This document shows, piece after piece, positions 29,873 through 40,138 of a stretch of DNA of 64,000 bases. The translations under genes were made by a program, and so were the position numbers. The notes under the pieces were generated by a model. That model was not told the origin of the DNA, searched no databases, and worked only from the letters and a program-made list of their open reading frames with translations. This DNA is from an uncultured Candidatus Rokubacteria bacterium (GTDB lineage: Bacteria > Methylomirabilota > Methylomirabilia > Rokubacteriales > DASRDR01). Each line of letters starts with the position of its first letter. Position 1 is the stretch's first letter. The stretch is from assembly GCA_963805625.1 (NCBI GenBank), contig CAWDVE010000025.1, forward strand, positions 30,726-94,725. The letters run 5' to 3'.

Positions 29873-30049
29873 TTGCACTGGGTACAGCCCGGTCGGCCGG
29901 GCGCGATCCTGGGCCTCTCTCTGGATGTGAACGTCACAAGTCGCACGCCGGCCGGACAGGCAAGACTGTTTGGTCGAGCGGTGCCCCTCATGGCCCGCGT
30001 CGGCGCTCCGGCCGGACGGTTGGCGCGGGGGCGGTGATAGGATGCCCTC

Positions 30050-30901
30050 GTGTACGGCACGCCGCCTGCGCCGTATCCTCGCCGCGTCGTCTGCCTGACC
30101 TCGGAGACGACCGAGATTGCGTTCGCGATCGGGGCGGGGGACCGCGTCGTCGGTGTGCCCGGCACCGCCCGGCGGCCGCCGGCAGCCCGCCAGCTCCCGA
30201 AGGTGGGCGGGTTCACCACGTTTCGCCTGGAGCGGATCGTCGACCTCGCCCCCGATCTCGTCCTCGCGTTCTCCGACCTGCAGGCGGATGTCGTGCGCGA
30301 GCTGGTCCAGGCCGGGATCCCCGTGCTGGCGCTGAACCAGCGGAGCCTTACCGAGATCTTCCAGGCCATCCTCGTGATCGGCGGCGCGCTCGGGTGCGAG
30401 GCGGCGGCCCGCGGCGTCGTCGTGGACATCCAGGACGAGATCCGGCAGGTGCGGGAGTTCTCGAGTGTCTGGCCGGACCGGCCGCGCGTGTACTTCGAGG
30501 AGTGGGGAGATCCGCCGATCTCGGGGATCCGCTGGGTGTCGGAGCTGATCGAGGTCGCCGGCGGCCAGGACGTCTTCCCTGAGCTTCGGGACCGCCGGGA
30601 CGCCCGGGGGAGAGTGGTGGATCCGGCCGAGGTGGTCCGGCGCAACCCGGAGATCATCGTCGCCTCGTGGTGCGGGAAGCCGGTCGACGTCGAGGCCATC
30701 CGACGCCGGCCAGGGTGGAGCGGGATCTCGGCCGTCCGGACTGGCCGAGTCCACGCCCTGCCGTCTGGAGACCTGCTTTCCCCGGGTCCCTCGGTGGTCC
30801 GGGGGCTCCGGGCTCTCCACGAGCTCGTCCAGGCCTGTGTTGCTGGGGAGGCTCCGGACACCGCCTCGATCTCAACTGACGACTCTGATGATGGACAGTA
30901 A
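30050..30901 (+). CDS. Cobalamin/Fe-siderophore-type substrate-binding protein (BtuF-like, no signal peptide)
   Basis: PRRVVCLTSETTE..PDLVLAFSDLQ..RPRVYFEEW..SWCGK. Confidence 0.85.
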   Translation: MYGTPPAPYPRRVVCLTSETTEIAFAIGAGDRVVGVPGTARRPPAARQLPKVGGFTTFRLERIVDLAPDLVLAFSDLQADVVRELVQAGIPVLALNQRSLTEIFQAILVIGGALGCEAAARGVVVDIQDEIRQVREFSSVWPDRPRVYFEEWGDPPISGIRWVSELIEVAGGQDVFPELRDRRDARGRVVDPAEVVRRNPEIIVASWCGKPVDVEAIRRRPGWSGISAVRTGRVHALPSGDLLSPGPSVVRGLRALHELVQACVAGEAPDTASISTDDSDDGQ

Positions 30902-31017
30902 CTAAATAATTACATGGGATAAATCTGACCCTTCTTGTCACCCGATCCCGGGTCGACCCGTATGGTACGATGAGGGTGCTCCCAGCCTTTCCGGACACCC
31001 CGACCCGGGAGACTTTC

Positions 31018-32466
31018 ATGACGACGACTGCCCCCCCTGCCCGTCCCGAGCGCTTCTTCGCCGACCGGTTCGGTCTTACCCAGTCCCGGTTGGAGGCCCT
31101 CGTGGGGTCCGCGGCCAGCAGGGTGGACTACGCCGACGTCTTCATCGAGTACCAGGTGGCGGAGGAGCTCGTCCTCGAAGACGGGGTCGTCAAGCGGGCC
31201 TCGCGAACCATCAGCCAGGGCGGTGGTATCCGGGCCCAGGCTGGGGTGCGCACGGGCTACGCGTACACGGACGACCTCGATATCCGCCACCTCGAGGTGG
31301 CGGCGCGCCAGGCCCAGGCCATCGCCGAGCATCCCGGTGAGTCGGGCCCGGTCGCCGTCCACGGGAGCCCGCGGCCGCACGACCTCTATCATCTCGCCCA
31401 AGCGCCGGTGGAGGCGGACCTCACGGCCAAGGTGGCGCTGCTGGGCCAGGTGGATCGTCTCGCGCGGGCCCAGGATCCTCGGATCCGGCAGGTCATCGCC
31501 ACGCTCACCTCGCTCGAGCAGATGGTCCTCATCGCCACGTCGGCCAACTGGCAGCTGGCGGACGTGCGGCCCCTGACCCGACTGAACGTGACCGTGGTCG
31601 TCGAGGACGGCGGACGCCGCGAGGTGGGCAGCTTCGGCGGGGGCGGTCGCGTGCCGTTCGATTACTTCGTCGACGGAGAGCGCTGGGCTCGCTTCGCCCG
31701 AGAGGCGGCGCGCCAGGCCCTCGTCAAGCTGAGCGCCGTCGCGGCGCCGGCAGGGACGATGACGGTCGTGCTCGGACCCGGCTGGCCCGGGATCCTCCTC
31801 CACGAGGCGATCGGTCACGGGCTCGAGGGGGACTTTAACCGGAAGGGCGTCTCTGCCTTTACCGGGCGAGTGGGCGAGCGGGTCGCCTCCGATCTCGTCA
31901 CGGTCGTCGACGATGGGACGATGCCCAACCGGCGGGGCTCGCTCAACGTCGATGACGAGGGGACGCCCACCAGCCGGACCGTCCTGATCGAGAACGGCGT
32001 GCTGCGCGGGTACATGCAGGACCGGCTCAACGCGCGCCTTCTGGGGACCGGGCTCACGGGCAACGGCCGGCGAGAGTCCTTCCAGCACCCGCCGATGCCG
32101 CGCATGACGAACACGTTCATGCTGGCCGGCGAGGAGCCTCCGGAGGATATCGTTCGCTCGGTGTCGCACGGGCTCTACGCGGTCGCGTTCGGCGGCGGGC
32201 AGGTGGACATCACGAGCGGGAAGTTCGTCTTCTCCGCGAGCGAGGCCTACCTGATCGAGGACGGCCGTGTCACCGCGCCGGTCAGGGGAGCCACGCTCAT
32301 CGGCTCGGGGCCTGATGCCCTCACCCGGGTGAGCCGCGTCGGTCACGACCTCGCCCTCGACGAGGGGGTGGGCACGTGCGGGAAAGACGGGCAGTCCGTG
32401 CCGGTGGGCGTGGGCTTGCCGACGATCCGCATCGACGGCATCACCGTCGGCGGAACCGAGATCTAG
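31018..32466 (+). CDS. tldD: Metalloprotease TldD
   Basis: GWPGILLHEAIGHGLEGDFNRKG, PRMTNT, GTCGKDGQSVPVGVG. Confidence 0.95.
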   Translation: MTTTAPPARPERFFADRFGLTQSRLEALVGSAASRVDYADVFIEYQVAEELVLEDGVVKRASRTISQGGGIRAQAGVRTGYAYTDDLDIRHLEVAARQAQAIAEHPGESGPVAVHGSPRPHDLYHLAQAPVEADLTAKVALLGQVDRLARAQDPRIRQVIATLTSLEQMVLIATSANWQLADVRPLTRLNVTVVVEDGGRREVGSFGGGGRVPFDYFVDGERWARFAREAARQALVKLSAVAAPAGTMTVVLGPGWPGILLHEAIGHGLEGDFNRKGVSAFTGRVGERVASDLVTVVDDGTMPNRRGSLNVDDEGTPTSRTVLIENGVLRGYMQDRLNARLLGTGLTGNGRRESFQHPPMPRMTNTFMLAGEEPPEDIVRSVSHGLYAVAFGGGQVDITSGKFVFSASEAYLIEDGRVTAPVRGATLIGSGPDALTRVSRVGHDLALDEGVGTCGKDGQSVPVGVGLPTIRIDGITVGGTEI

Positions 32467-32469
32467 CTG

Positions 32470-33846
32470 GTGGCCGGGCAAGTCCTCACCACCGGGGCCG
32501 AGGCAGAGATGCTTGATCGGCTGGAGGGCCTTCTGCGCCGTGCCCGTGCCGGCGGGGCTGTCGAGGCCGATGCCTTCATGGTGGAGGAAGAGCTCCAGAC
32601 CGTGCAGGTTCGGCTGGGAACCGTGGAGTCCCTCAAGCACGCCCGCGAGAACCGCTGCTCGCTCCGGATCTTCACCGAGTCCGGCTCCGCATCGGCGACG
32701 ACCTCGGACCTTTCGCCGGGCGCACTCGCGCGGCTCGTCGACGAGAGCATGCGGCTGGCGCAGGTGACCCGGCGCGACGAGCACTCCGGGCTACCGGCCA
32801 GGGAGGCGCTCGCGCGCGAGGTGCCGGATCTCCAGCTCTGGGATGCCGAAGGCCACGCGATGGGGGTCGAGGAGAAGATCGACTGGGCCCGCCGGGCCGA
32901 GGCGGCCGCCCTCGAGAGCGACGCGCGCGTGCGGAACTCCGAGGGAGCCGAGTTCTACGACCGCCAGGGTCGAGTCGCTTACGCTTCGAGCGGCGGATTC
33001 GCCGGGAGCTTCCGGGTCTCGTCGTTTGCCCTGTCAGTGACACCAGTCGCCTCGGACAACGGTGACATGGAGCGCGATTACTGGTACACGTCGGCGCGGC
33101 ATCTCGCCGACCTGGAGTCCCCGGAGAAGATCGGGCGGGAGGCGGCGCGCCGGGCCGTGCGCCGGCTCGGGGGCCGCAAGGGCCAGACGACGGAGGTTCC
33201 GGTCATCTTCGATCCCGAGACGGCTGCGAGCCTGATCCGGGGCCTGGCGGTGGCCGCGTCGGGGCCGAGCCTCTACCGCGGCACCTCGTTCCTCATCGGG
33301 CAGCGCGGGAAGACGGTCGCCTCGCCCCGGGTCACGATCGTCGACGACCCCATGATGCCCCAGGGGCTCGGATCCCGGCCGTTCGACGGCGAGGGCCTGC
33401 CGAGCCGGCGGACGGTGCTGGTGGATCGGGGAGTTCTCTCGAGCTACCTCCTCGACACCTACAGCGCTCGGCGGCTCGGCCTCGCGGCGACAGGGCATGC
33501 CGCCCGCGAGGACGGGGGCGGCGTGACGGTGGGCTACACGAACCTCTACCTCGAGCCCGGGTCCTGGGCGCCCGAGGAGATCCTTCGGTCCGTCGACCGG
33601 GGGCTCTACGTCACGGAGCTGATCGGATTCGGGGTCAACTTCGTGACAGGGGACTACTCGCGGGGCGCTGTCGGATTCTGGGTGGAGGGGGGCGAACTTG
33701 CGTACCCCGTCGAGGAGATCACCATCGCCGGTAACCTGCAGCAGATGATGCAGGACGTCGAGATGGTGGGGCGAGACCTTGCGTTCCGAGATCAGACCGC
33801 GGCGCCCACGCTGAAGATCTCTCGACTGACCGTCGCCGGTCAGTAG
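32470..33846 (+). CDS. pmbA: TldE/PmbA partner subunit
   Basis: MERDYWY, GSRPFDGEG, TGDYSRGA.GFW, EITIAGNL. Confidence 0.92.
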   Translation: MAGQVLTTGAEAEMLDRLEGLLRRARAGGAVEADAFMVEEELQTVQVRLGTVESLKHARENRCSLRIFTESGSASATTSDLSPGALARLVDESMRLAQVTRRDEHSGLPAREALAREVPDLQLWDAEGHAMGVEEKIDWARRAEAAALESDARVRNSEGAEFYDRQGRVAYASSGGFAGSFRVSSFALSVTPVASDNGDMERDYWYTSARHLADLESPEKIGREAARRAVRRLGGRKGQTTEVPVIFDPETAASLIRGLAVAASGPSLYRGTSFLIGQRGKTVASPRVTIVDDPMMPQGLGSRPFDGEGLPSRRTVLVDRGVLSSYLLDTYSARRLGLAATGHAAREDGGGVTVGYTNLYLEPGSWAPEEILRSVDRGLYVTELIGFGVNFVTGDYSRGAVGFWVEGGELAYPVEEITIAGNLQQMMQDVEMVGRDLAFRDQTAAPTLKISRLTVAGQ

Positions 33847-33867
33847 GCGAGACCGCCCCGGGTCAGG

Positions 33868-34251
33868 ATGGGAGTGCTGCCGCTCCGGATCGTGGTGGGG
33901 CTCGTGTTCGTCGTTCACGGTGCCCAGAAGCTCTTCGTTTTCGGGCTTGCGGACACCGCCGGGTTCCTCGGTAGTCTCGGGATTCCGCTGCCGACGGTCG
34001 CGGCCGCGGCTCTGATCGCGGTCGAGCTTCTGGGAGGCCTCGCCCTGCTTCTCGGGGCCGGCACGCGAATCGTCGCCGCCGTCCTGGCGGCCGACATGCT
34101 CGTGGCGATCCTGACCGTCCACGTGCGCGGCGGATTCTTCGTCCCGGACGGGATCGAGTTCGTGCTCACCCTGCTCGGCGCGTGCCTCGCGCTGGTGGGG
34201 CTGGGCGCGGGCCCGTGCTCGGTCGACGGGGCGAGAGGGCGAGAGAGCTAG
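33868..34251 (+). CDS. DoxX family membrane protein
   Basis: LRIVVGLVFVVHGAQKLF..ELLGG..GIEF..GAGPCSVD. Confidence 0.88.
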   Translation: MGVLPLRIVVGLVFVVHGAQKLFVFGLADTAGFLGSLGIPLPTVAAAALIAVELLGGLALLLGAGTRIVAAVLAADMLVAILTVHVRGGFFVPDGIEFVLTLLGACLALVGLGAGPCSVDGARGRES

Positions 34252-34279
34252 AAGACCGGGGCGCCAGAGAGCCCCGCGC

Positions 34280-35077
34280 TCAGCTGCGCGACTGGCGGAG
34301 TCCTTCGGCCGCGTCCTCGTAGCCGGGCTGGAGCGCGAGCGCCCGCTCGAAGGCCGCGCGCGCCCGCCGGCGGTCGCCCAACCGGAGGTGGCACCAGCCA
34401 AGGCCGTTGTAGAGGCCCGGCCCCTCGGGCGCGGCCCGCAGGGCGCGCTCGAACGCGTCGACAGCCTCCGTGTATCGCCCGACGTAGTAGAGGCTCCAGG
34501 CCAGCCGGGCGCGAGCGGCGGCTGCCTCCCGTACCTCAAGGCCGGCGATGGTCGTCATGCCGCGGAGCGCGCGCTCGAGCGGCGGGATCGCCGCCTCGTA
34601 GCGCCCCAACTCGAAGAGCGCAGTGCCCAGGCCGATCAGCGCGTCCCCGTGGTCGGGCGAGAGGTCGAGCGCCGACTGGAACGCCTCCATCGCGAGGTGG
34701 TAGCGCCCGAGCCTCAGACGGCTCCACCCCAGACCGTCGTAGAGCCCGTCCCAGGAGGGCTGTCGTCTGAGCCCGGCCTTGAAGGCGATGGCGGCGGCGC
34801 GGTACTCGCCGAGGTGGTAGTGGGCCCATCCGAGGAGCGCGCGGGCCTCGTCGTGTCCCTCGTCGAGGGCCACGGCGTCCAGGAGACGGGCGCGCGCGGT
34901 CGCGTACTCGCGCGCCTCGTAGAATGCTCGGCCCTGCCGGAACAGGGCCTGGGACTGCATGCCCCGCCGGAGGTCGCCAAGCGCGCCCTGGGCCGGCGCC
35001 AGCACCGGCAAGACGAGGAGGAGCAGGGCTACGAGCGCCGCGCCGGCCCGCGCGCGCCCGCTAGGGTCGGGGCGCAC
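34280..35077 (-). CDS. Exported tetratricopeptide-repeat protein
   Basis: Signal-like LVALLLLVLPVLAPA; about 6 TPRs (LGWAHYHLGEY, GLGWSRLRLGRY, GLGTALFELGRY). Confidence 0.8.
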   Translation of the reverse strand: MRPDPSGRARAGAALVALLLLVLPVLAPAQGALGDLRRGMQSQALFRQGRAFYEAREYATARARLLDAVALDEGHDEARALLGWAHYHLGEYRAAAIAFKAGLRRQPSWDGLYDGLGWSRLRLGRYHLAMEAFQSALDLSPDHGDALIGLGTALFELGRYEAAIPPLERALRGMTTIAGLEVREAAAARARLAWSLYYVGRYTEAVDAFERALRAAPEGPGLYNGLGWCHLRLGDRRRARAAFERALALQPGYEDAAEGLRQSRS

Positions 35078-36062
35078 CGGATCGCTCTGGGCGGTCCGCC
35101 GCTTCCTCCGCGGCCTCGCGGGCCAGCTGAGCGAGGTCCGTGGCCCGCTGGGCAGCCTGCGTCGCAGCGGTGCGCGCCTCGGGGCCCGAGCGGCTGGCCG
35201 CCGCCTGGGCGTCTCGGGCCGCCTCGGCTGCGTTCCGGGCGGCGCGCGCGGCGGAGGTTGCAGCGTCCTGGGCGCCAGCGGCGACGGCGGCGCCATGCGG
35301 GCCGCTCGAGCGCTCCGCGGCCTGTCGACCCGCTTCGAGCGCGGCCTGGTTGGCCGAGCGCGCAGCATCCCGGGCGGCTTCGGCAGCAGTCGCCGCCGAG
35401 GCTCGCGCGTCAGGGCCACCAGGACCGCTGCCAGGACCAGGTCCGGATATGCCGGGTCCTCGGCCGCCACCGGTCGTCGAAGGGCCTCGGCTGGGGTCCG
35501 ACGACGTGGCGCTGGAGGTCTGGCCGGCGCCTCCGCCATGCCCGGACGGTCCGCTCCGATCGCCGAGGTCAGGCCCACCTCGACCGGAGCGTCCTCGGGA
35601 TCCGTGTCCCCCGAACTCGGCGCTCGCGGGATCGCGCCCGCCCGGCCCTGATCCCCTGCCGGAGCCCCCCCCGCCGCCCGTGCCCGAACCGCCACTTTCC
35701 GAGCTACCGCCGGAAGAGTCGGAGCTTCCGCCGCCCTTTCCCGAGCCGCCGCCCTTCCCGGAGCCTCCGCCTTCCGACTCGCTGCCGCCCTTGCCCGAAC
35801 CGCCCCCTTTCCCGGAGCCCCCACCTTCCGATCCGCCGCCCTTGCCCGACCCCCCGGAGCCCGACCCGCCACTGCCGCTTCCTGAGCCACCGCCGGAGCC
35901 TCCGCTGCCACTGCCTCCCGACCCGCCGGAGCCGGATCCTCTACCGTCCGCGATCGCGGTCCCGCTGCCCGTCGAGGAGGAGTTCCAAGGCAGTGTCGTC
36001 ATGCTCAGGACGACTGGAATTGCGGCCGAGACGGCCAGCAGCCGGCGGAGGTAGCGCTTCAT
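35061..36062 (-). CDS. Secreted Gly/Ser-rich low-complexity protein with an Ala-rich helical C-terminus
   Basis: GGGAG RBS; signal peptide; GGGSGK repeats with varied synonymous codons. Confidence 0.75.
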   Translation of the reverse strand: MKRYLRRLLAVSAAIPVVLSMTTLPWNSSSTGSGTAIADGRGSGSGGSGGSGSGGSGGGSGSGSGGSGSGGSGKGGGSEGGGSGKGGGSGKGGSESEGGGSGKGGGSGKGGGSSDSSGGSSESGGSGTGGGGGSGRGSGPGGRDPASAEFGGHGSRGRSGRGGPDLGDRSGPSGHGGGAGQTSSATSSDPSRGPSTTGGGRGPGISGPGPGSGPGGPDARASAATAAEAARDAARSANQAALEAGRQAAERSSGPHGAAVAAGAQDAATSAARAARNAAEAARDAQAAASRSGPEARTAATQAAQRATDLAQLAREAAEEAADRPERSGAPRP

Positions 36063-36112
36063 GGATACTCCCTTCGAGGTCGGCGAATCGTCACGCACGG
36101 CCTCCTCACCCC

Positions 36113-36128
36113 AGCAACCAGCATGCCC
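36113..36128 (-). promoter_or_regulatory. sigma54 (-24/-12) promoter
   Basis: GGGCATGCTGGTTGCT = GG-N10-GC, between the bEBP gene and the Gly-rich gene. Confidence 0.7.
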
Positions 36129-36243
36129 ACGGGAGAACAAGAGGGTAGGCTCGTCCGACGCATCTGGGAAGGCCTTCGCCCGGGCCCCTGTGGGAGTTCC
36201 GGTCCCGGCAGGGGGGATACGCCCCTGGGCGGGGAAATGCCCA

Positions 36244-37647
36244 TCACTCCGACGCCCGGTCGGGCGCCAGGCGGAACTTCTCGATCCGGTACCGCAGGGT
36301 CTCCCGGCTCAGGCTGAGCAGCTCGGCGGCCCGCGCTCGATTCCATCCGGCGTACCGGAGCGCCTGCTCGATGAGACCCCGCTCGACCGCCTCCAGCTCG
36401 ATCGGCCCGCGCGAGAAGTCCACCGCCACGCCGTCCGGGGTTGCCGCCACGGGCGTGGCTTGTGCGGGGCCGAGGCCGAGGATCTCGGGCCCGAGGGCAC
36501 GACCCGGGTGGAGCAGCGCCGCGCGCTCGACGACGTGGGTCAGCTCGCGCACGTTGCCGGGCCACGGGTAGGCCACCAGCGCGTCGCGCGCGGCCGGAGC
36601 CCAGCGCGTCTCGGCGAGGCCATACCGCTCACGGACGCGCTCGAGGGCGTGCTGGGCGAGGAGCCAGATGTCCTCCGCCCGTCCCCTGAGCGGCGGCATC
36701 TCCACCGTGAGGACCCGCAGCCGATAGAGGAGGTCGACACGGAACGTTCCCTCGCGCACCGCCGGCTCGAGATCGCGATTGGTGGCGGCGATGATGCGGA
36801 CGTCGACGCGCCGAGGTGTCAGCGCGCCGAGGCGCCGCACCGAGCGGTCCTCGATGGCCTTCAGGAGTTTGGCCTGAAGCGTCACGTCCATGAGCCCGAT
36901 CTCGTCGAGAAGGAAGGTGCCCCCGTCGGCTGCCTCGAAGAGCCCGGGCTTGCTGGTCCGGGCGTCCGTGTACGCGCCCTTCTCGAACCCGAAGAGCTCG
37001 CCCTCCAGGAGGGCGTTCGGGATCGCGGCGCAGTTGATCTCGACGAACGGGCCGGAGGCGCGGGGGCCGGCCGCGTGGATGGCGCGCGCGGCCAGCTCTT
37101 TCCCGGTCCCGGTCTCGCCGGTCACGAGCACCGTGGGACCCGCCTCTCCGAGGCGGTCGGCGGCCGCCACCTGGAGGATGCGCTGGCGCACCGCCTCCAT
37201 GACCGGGGAGACCCCGAGCAGGCTCGCGACCGGCGCGCTGTGTCCGGCACGCTGGCGAAGGTACGCGAGCTCGCCCCGCGCGCGCTCAGCGTCCCACGCC
37301 CGCTGGATCACGAGCCATAGCTCCTCGAGGTCGAGGGGCTTGGCGACGTAGTCGAAGGCGCCCTGCTTCATGGCCGTCACGGCGCCCTGGATGCTCGAGT
37401 GCGCCGTCATCACGATTACCACGGTCTCCGGCCGCTCGCGCCGGATTGCTGCCAGCGCGGCGAGCCCGTCCATCCCCGGAAGCTGGAGGTCGACCAGCGC
37501 GACGTCCGGGGCCAGTTCGCCGAGCGCCGCGAGGCCGGCCTCCGCCGTCCCGAAGGAGCGGGCGTCGACGCCCTGGCGCCGGAGGAACGCCTCGATGGCG
37601 GCTGCCAACCCTGCCTCGTCGTCGACGACCATCACGCTCCGAACCAC
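36244..37647 (-). CDS. NtrC-family sigma54-dependent response regulator
   Basis: REC domain (VVDDE, DLQLPGMDG), GETGTGKE, GAYTDA, WPGNVREL, Fis HTH. Confidence 0.93.
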   Translation of the reverse strand: MVRSVMVVDDEAGLAAAIEAFLRRQGVDARSFGTAEAGLAALGELAPDVALVDLQLPGMDGLAALAAIRRERPETVVIVMTAHSSIQGAVTAMKQGAFDYVAKPLDLEELWLVIQRAWDAERARGELAYLRQRAGHSAPVASLLGVSPVMEAVRQRILQVAAADRLGEAGPTVLVTGETGTGKELAARAIHAAGPRASGPFVEINCAAIPNALLEGELFGFEKGAYTDARTSKPGLFEAADGGTFLLDEIGLMDVTLQAKLLKAIEDRSVRRLGALTPRRVDVRIIAATNRDLEPAVREGTFRVDLLYRLRVLTVEMPPLRGRAEDIWLLAQHALERVRERYGLAETRWAPAARDALVAYPWPGNVRELTHVVERAALLHPGRALGPEILGLGPAQATPVAATPDGVAVDFSRGPIELEAVERGLIEQALRYAGWNRARAAELLSLSRETLRYRIEKFRLAPDRASE

Positions 37648-37657
37648 GGTGTTCCCT

Positions 37658-39037
37658 TCAGGCGTCGGCCCGCGGCAAGGCGATCGTCGCGCGCGTGCCG
37701 CTGCTGCCGCTCTCGAGCGTGAGCCGGGCCCCGGTCGCCTCGAGGAGCTTCCTTGCGAGCGCGAGGCCGAGTCCGGTGCCGCCGGGCTTCGTCGTGAAGA
37801 ACGGCTCGAAGGCGCGCGCCAGCGCCGCGGAGGACATGCCGGGCCCCGTGTCCTCCACCCGTAGCTCGATGTCGTCCGCGCCCGGGACTGCGGTGAGCCG
37901 GAGCGCGCCGCCGGCGGGCATGGCGTCGAGCGCGTTGCCGGCGAGACAGAGGAGTGCCTCCTCGAAGCGGGCCGGGTCGAGACGGACCTTGGCGAGATCG
38001 GAGGGGATGTCGACATCGACGCGCACCCCCTGCGCGGCGCTCCGGTCGCGCACGAGTGCCATCGCCGACCGGACGGCGGCGTCGAGCGCCGTGGGAACCG
38101 ACCGCGGCTCGACCGGGCGGCCCAGGTGGAGGAGCGCGCGCATGCGGTCCCGCAGGCGGTCGGTGTCGGCGACGATCTGGCGGAGCTGGTCCCGGACGGG
38201 CCCCTCGGCGTCGAGGAGCGCGACCTGAGCCGAAGCGCGGATGGCGGCGAGGGGATTGCCGAGCCCGTGGGCCACGGCTGCCGTGACCTCGCCAAACGCC
38301 GCGAGGCGCTCGGTCACCACGAGCTGGTCCTGGAGGGCGCGGAGCTCCGTGTTGGCCCGCTCGAGCTCCTCGGCCCGACGGGCGAGCGCGGCGTGCTGGG
38401 TGCGGAGCGTCCGCGACGCGCGCCACACGATCCCGTAGAGCGCGAGATAGAGGAGGGCACCCGACGCCGCGGCCAGGCCCCACAGGATTGTCTGAGCCCG
38501 ACGGACGCCGGCGACCACACGGCTCGCGTCGACGTAGGCTTCGACGGCCCCGGCCACCCGACCCTCACCGGGAAAGGCGACCGGCACGTAGAGCTCGACT
38601 CGCTCGCGACCAGCCTGGGTGCCGGACTCGAGCGTCGCCTCGGTCCGCCCCGCGAGCGCGGCGCGGACCGCGGCGGTCGAGCCATGGGGCCGGAAGGCCC
38701 GCTCGGCGTCGCTCCACAGGGGCCGAGCGTCGGGGCCGTACACGACGAGCCGCAGGACCTCGGGGAGGCGGCGCACCTGGCGGGTGAACTCCTCCAGCCG
38801 GTCCTGGGAGTCGGGCGGAGGGACGGACCGCCCCACGCCGAAGTCCTGGGGTTGCAGATGATCGTGTGCGGCGGCCCGGACGAACGCGCCCGTCGATGTC
38901 CACTCGCGCTCGAGGATCGCCTGCTCGACGAAGTGAGCGAGCGTCAGGCCCACGACCAGGGTGCTGCCGCCGATCGTGAGGAGACTCAGGACGGCGAACT
39001 GCCGGGTGGGGCTCGGAGAGCCGCCGCGGTCGTCCAT
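37658..39037 (-). CDS. Membrane sensor histidine kinase
   Basis: Two TM segments; AHGLGNPL, NALDA, VEDTGPGM, FEPFFTTK, GTGLGL. Confidence 0.92.
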   Translation of the reverse strand: MDDRGGSPSPTRQFAVLSLLTIGGSTLVVGLTLAHFVEQAILEREWTSTGAFVRAAAHDHLQPQDFGVGRSVPPPDSQDRLEEFTRQVRRLPEVLRLVVYGPDARPLWSDAERAFRPHGSTAAVRAALAGRTEATLESGTQAGRERVELYVPVAFPGEGRVAGAVEAYVDASRVVAGVRRAQTILWGLAAASGALLYLALYGIVWRASRTLRTQHAALARRAEELERANTELRALQDQLVVTERLAAFGEVTAAVAHGLGNPLAAIRASAQVALLDAEGPVRDQLRQIVADTDRLRDRMRALLHLGRPVEPRSVPTALDAAVRSAMALVRDRSAAQGVRVDVDIPSDLAKVRLDPARFEEALLCLAGNALDAMPAGGALRLTAVPGADDIELRVEDTGPGMSSAALARAFEPFFTTKPGGTGLGLALARKLLEATGARLTLESGSSGTRATIALPRADA

Positions 39038-39135
39038 GCCGAACCCATCGTACCGCCCGTTCCCCGCAGCAGTCACATGATTGCGGGCGGCCGGCTTGAC
39101 CCTCGATTCGGCCGCGTGCTATCACCGCCCGCGTA

Positions 39136-39366
39136 ATGCGCTGGCGGCCGCCGCGCCTCGGACACGCGCACGAAGCCTGGCCCGGGTTCACGATCAGCGG
39201 CATCGTGATCCTGGCGGCGGCTGTCATTGCCGACGCATTCGGGGAGCCGCCCCGCGGCGGGCCGCGGCTCCATGTGGGGCTCGCGCTCGGAGTCGCGGTG
39301 CTGATTCTGGGCTACGTGATGCGTCGCTTCGAGCGGCGTGACAGGGGAGACGGCAATGCGCCATGA
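39136..39366 (+). CDS. Small 2-TM hypothetical protein
   Basis: Two hydrophobic segments; abuts the next gene. Confidence 0.45.
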   Translation: MRWRPPRLGHAHEAWPGFTISGIVILAAAVIADAFGEPPRGGPRLHVGLALGVAVLILGYVMRRFERRDRGDGNAP

Positions 39367-40114
39367 CCTCCTGCTGACCGGCGGCCACGTGATCGACCCC
39401 GCCTCGGGGGTGGATGGCCGGCGCGACGTCGCGTTCGCGTCGGGCCGGGTGGCGGCGGTCGAGACCGCGATTCCGCGCGAGACGGCGCGGGAGGTGGTGG
39501 ATGTGTCGGGGGCTTACGTGGCGCCGGGACTCGTGGACCTCCACGCGCACGCGTTCATCGCGGGTCACGACCTGGGGATCGAGACCGATCCGGTTTGCGC
39601 CTCGACCGGGGTGACCACGCTCTGCGACGCTGGCAGCACCGGCGCGGCGAACTTCGCCGGGCTCCGTGAGTACGTAATGGCGCGGGCCGAGACGCGGGTG
39701 CTCGGGTTCCTCCACATCGCTGCCATCGGTCTGAGTCACCTCGGGATCGGGGAGCACTGCTACCTCGACTACTCGGACCCGGACCTGGCCGCGGGCGTGG
39801 CCCGCGAGCACCGGGACGTGGTGCTCGTCCGCGACCTCCCAACGACGCTCTCGAAGTTCCTGAGCCTCGGGATGCCGCTCGCCGGCGTCGTCCGTGCGGC
39901 GACAGCGGCGCCGGCTAGGGCACTCGGCCGGAGCGGGGACCTCGGGTCGCTCGCGCCGGGCGCGGCGGGCGATGCGGCGGTGTTCGGGCTCGAGGAGGGG
40001 CGGTTCCCCTATCAGGACGCCGACGGCAATGTCCTGGAGGGCCCGCAGCGCTGGGCTCCCCGGCTCATGGTGCGAGCCGGCCGCGTCTGGTGGCGGCGCT
40101 GGCCGCAGGGCTGA
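39356..40114 (+). pseudogene. Amidohydrolase (dihydroorotase/deacetylase-like) with an apparent large in-frame internal deletion
   Basis: PGLVDLHAH, GVTTLCDAGS, then a jump from HRDVVL to VRDLPTTLSKFL near 39827; only 252 aa. Confidence 0.65.
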
Positions 40115-40138
40115 TGGGTCGGCCCCGGCCGACGCCCC

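Noticed and set aside
35700-35945. CRISPR array or VNTR
   Set aside because: Degenerate 18-nt units encode GGGSGK with synonymous variation; there are no spacers.
35140-36054. Pro-rich ORF on the + strand
   Set aside because: Antisense shadow of the Gly-rich gene, which has the RBS, signal peptide and promoter.
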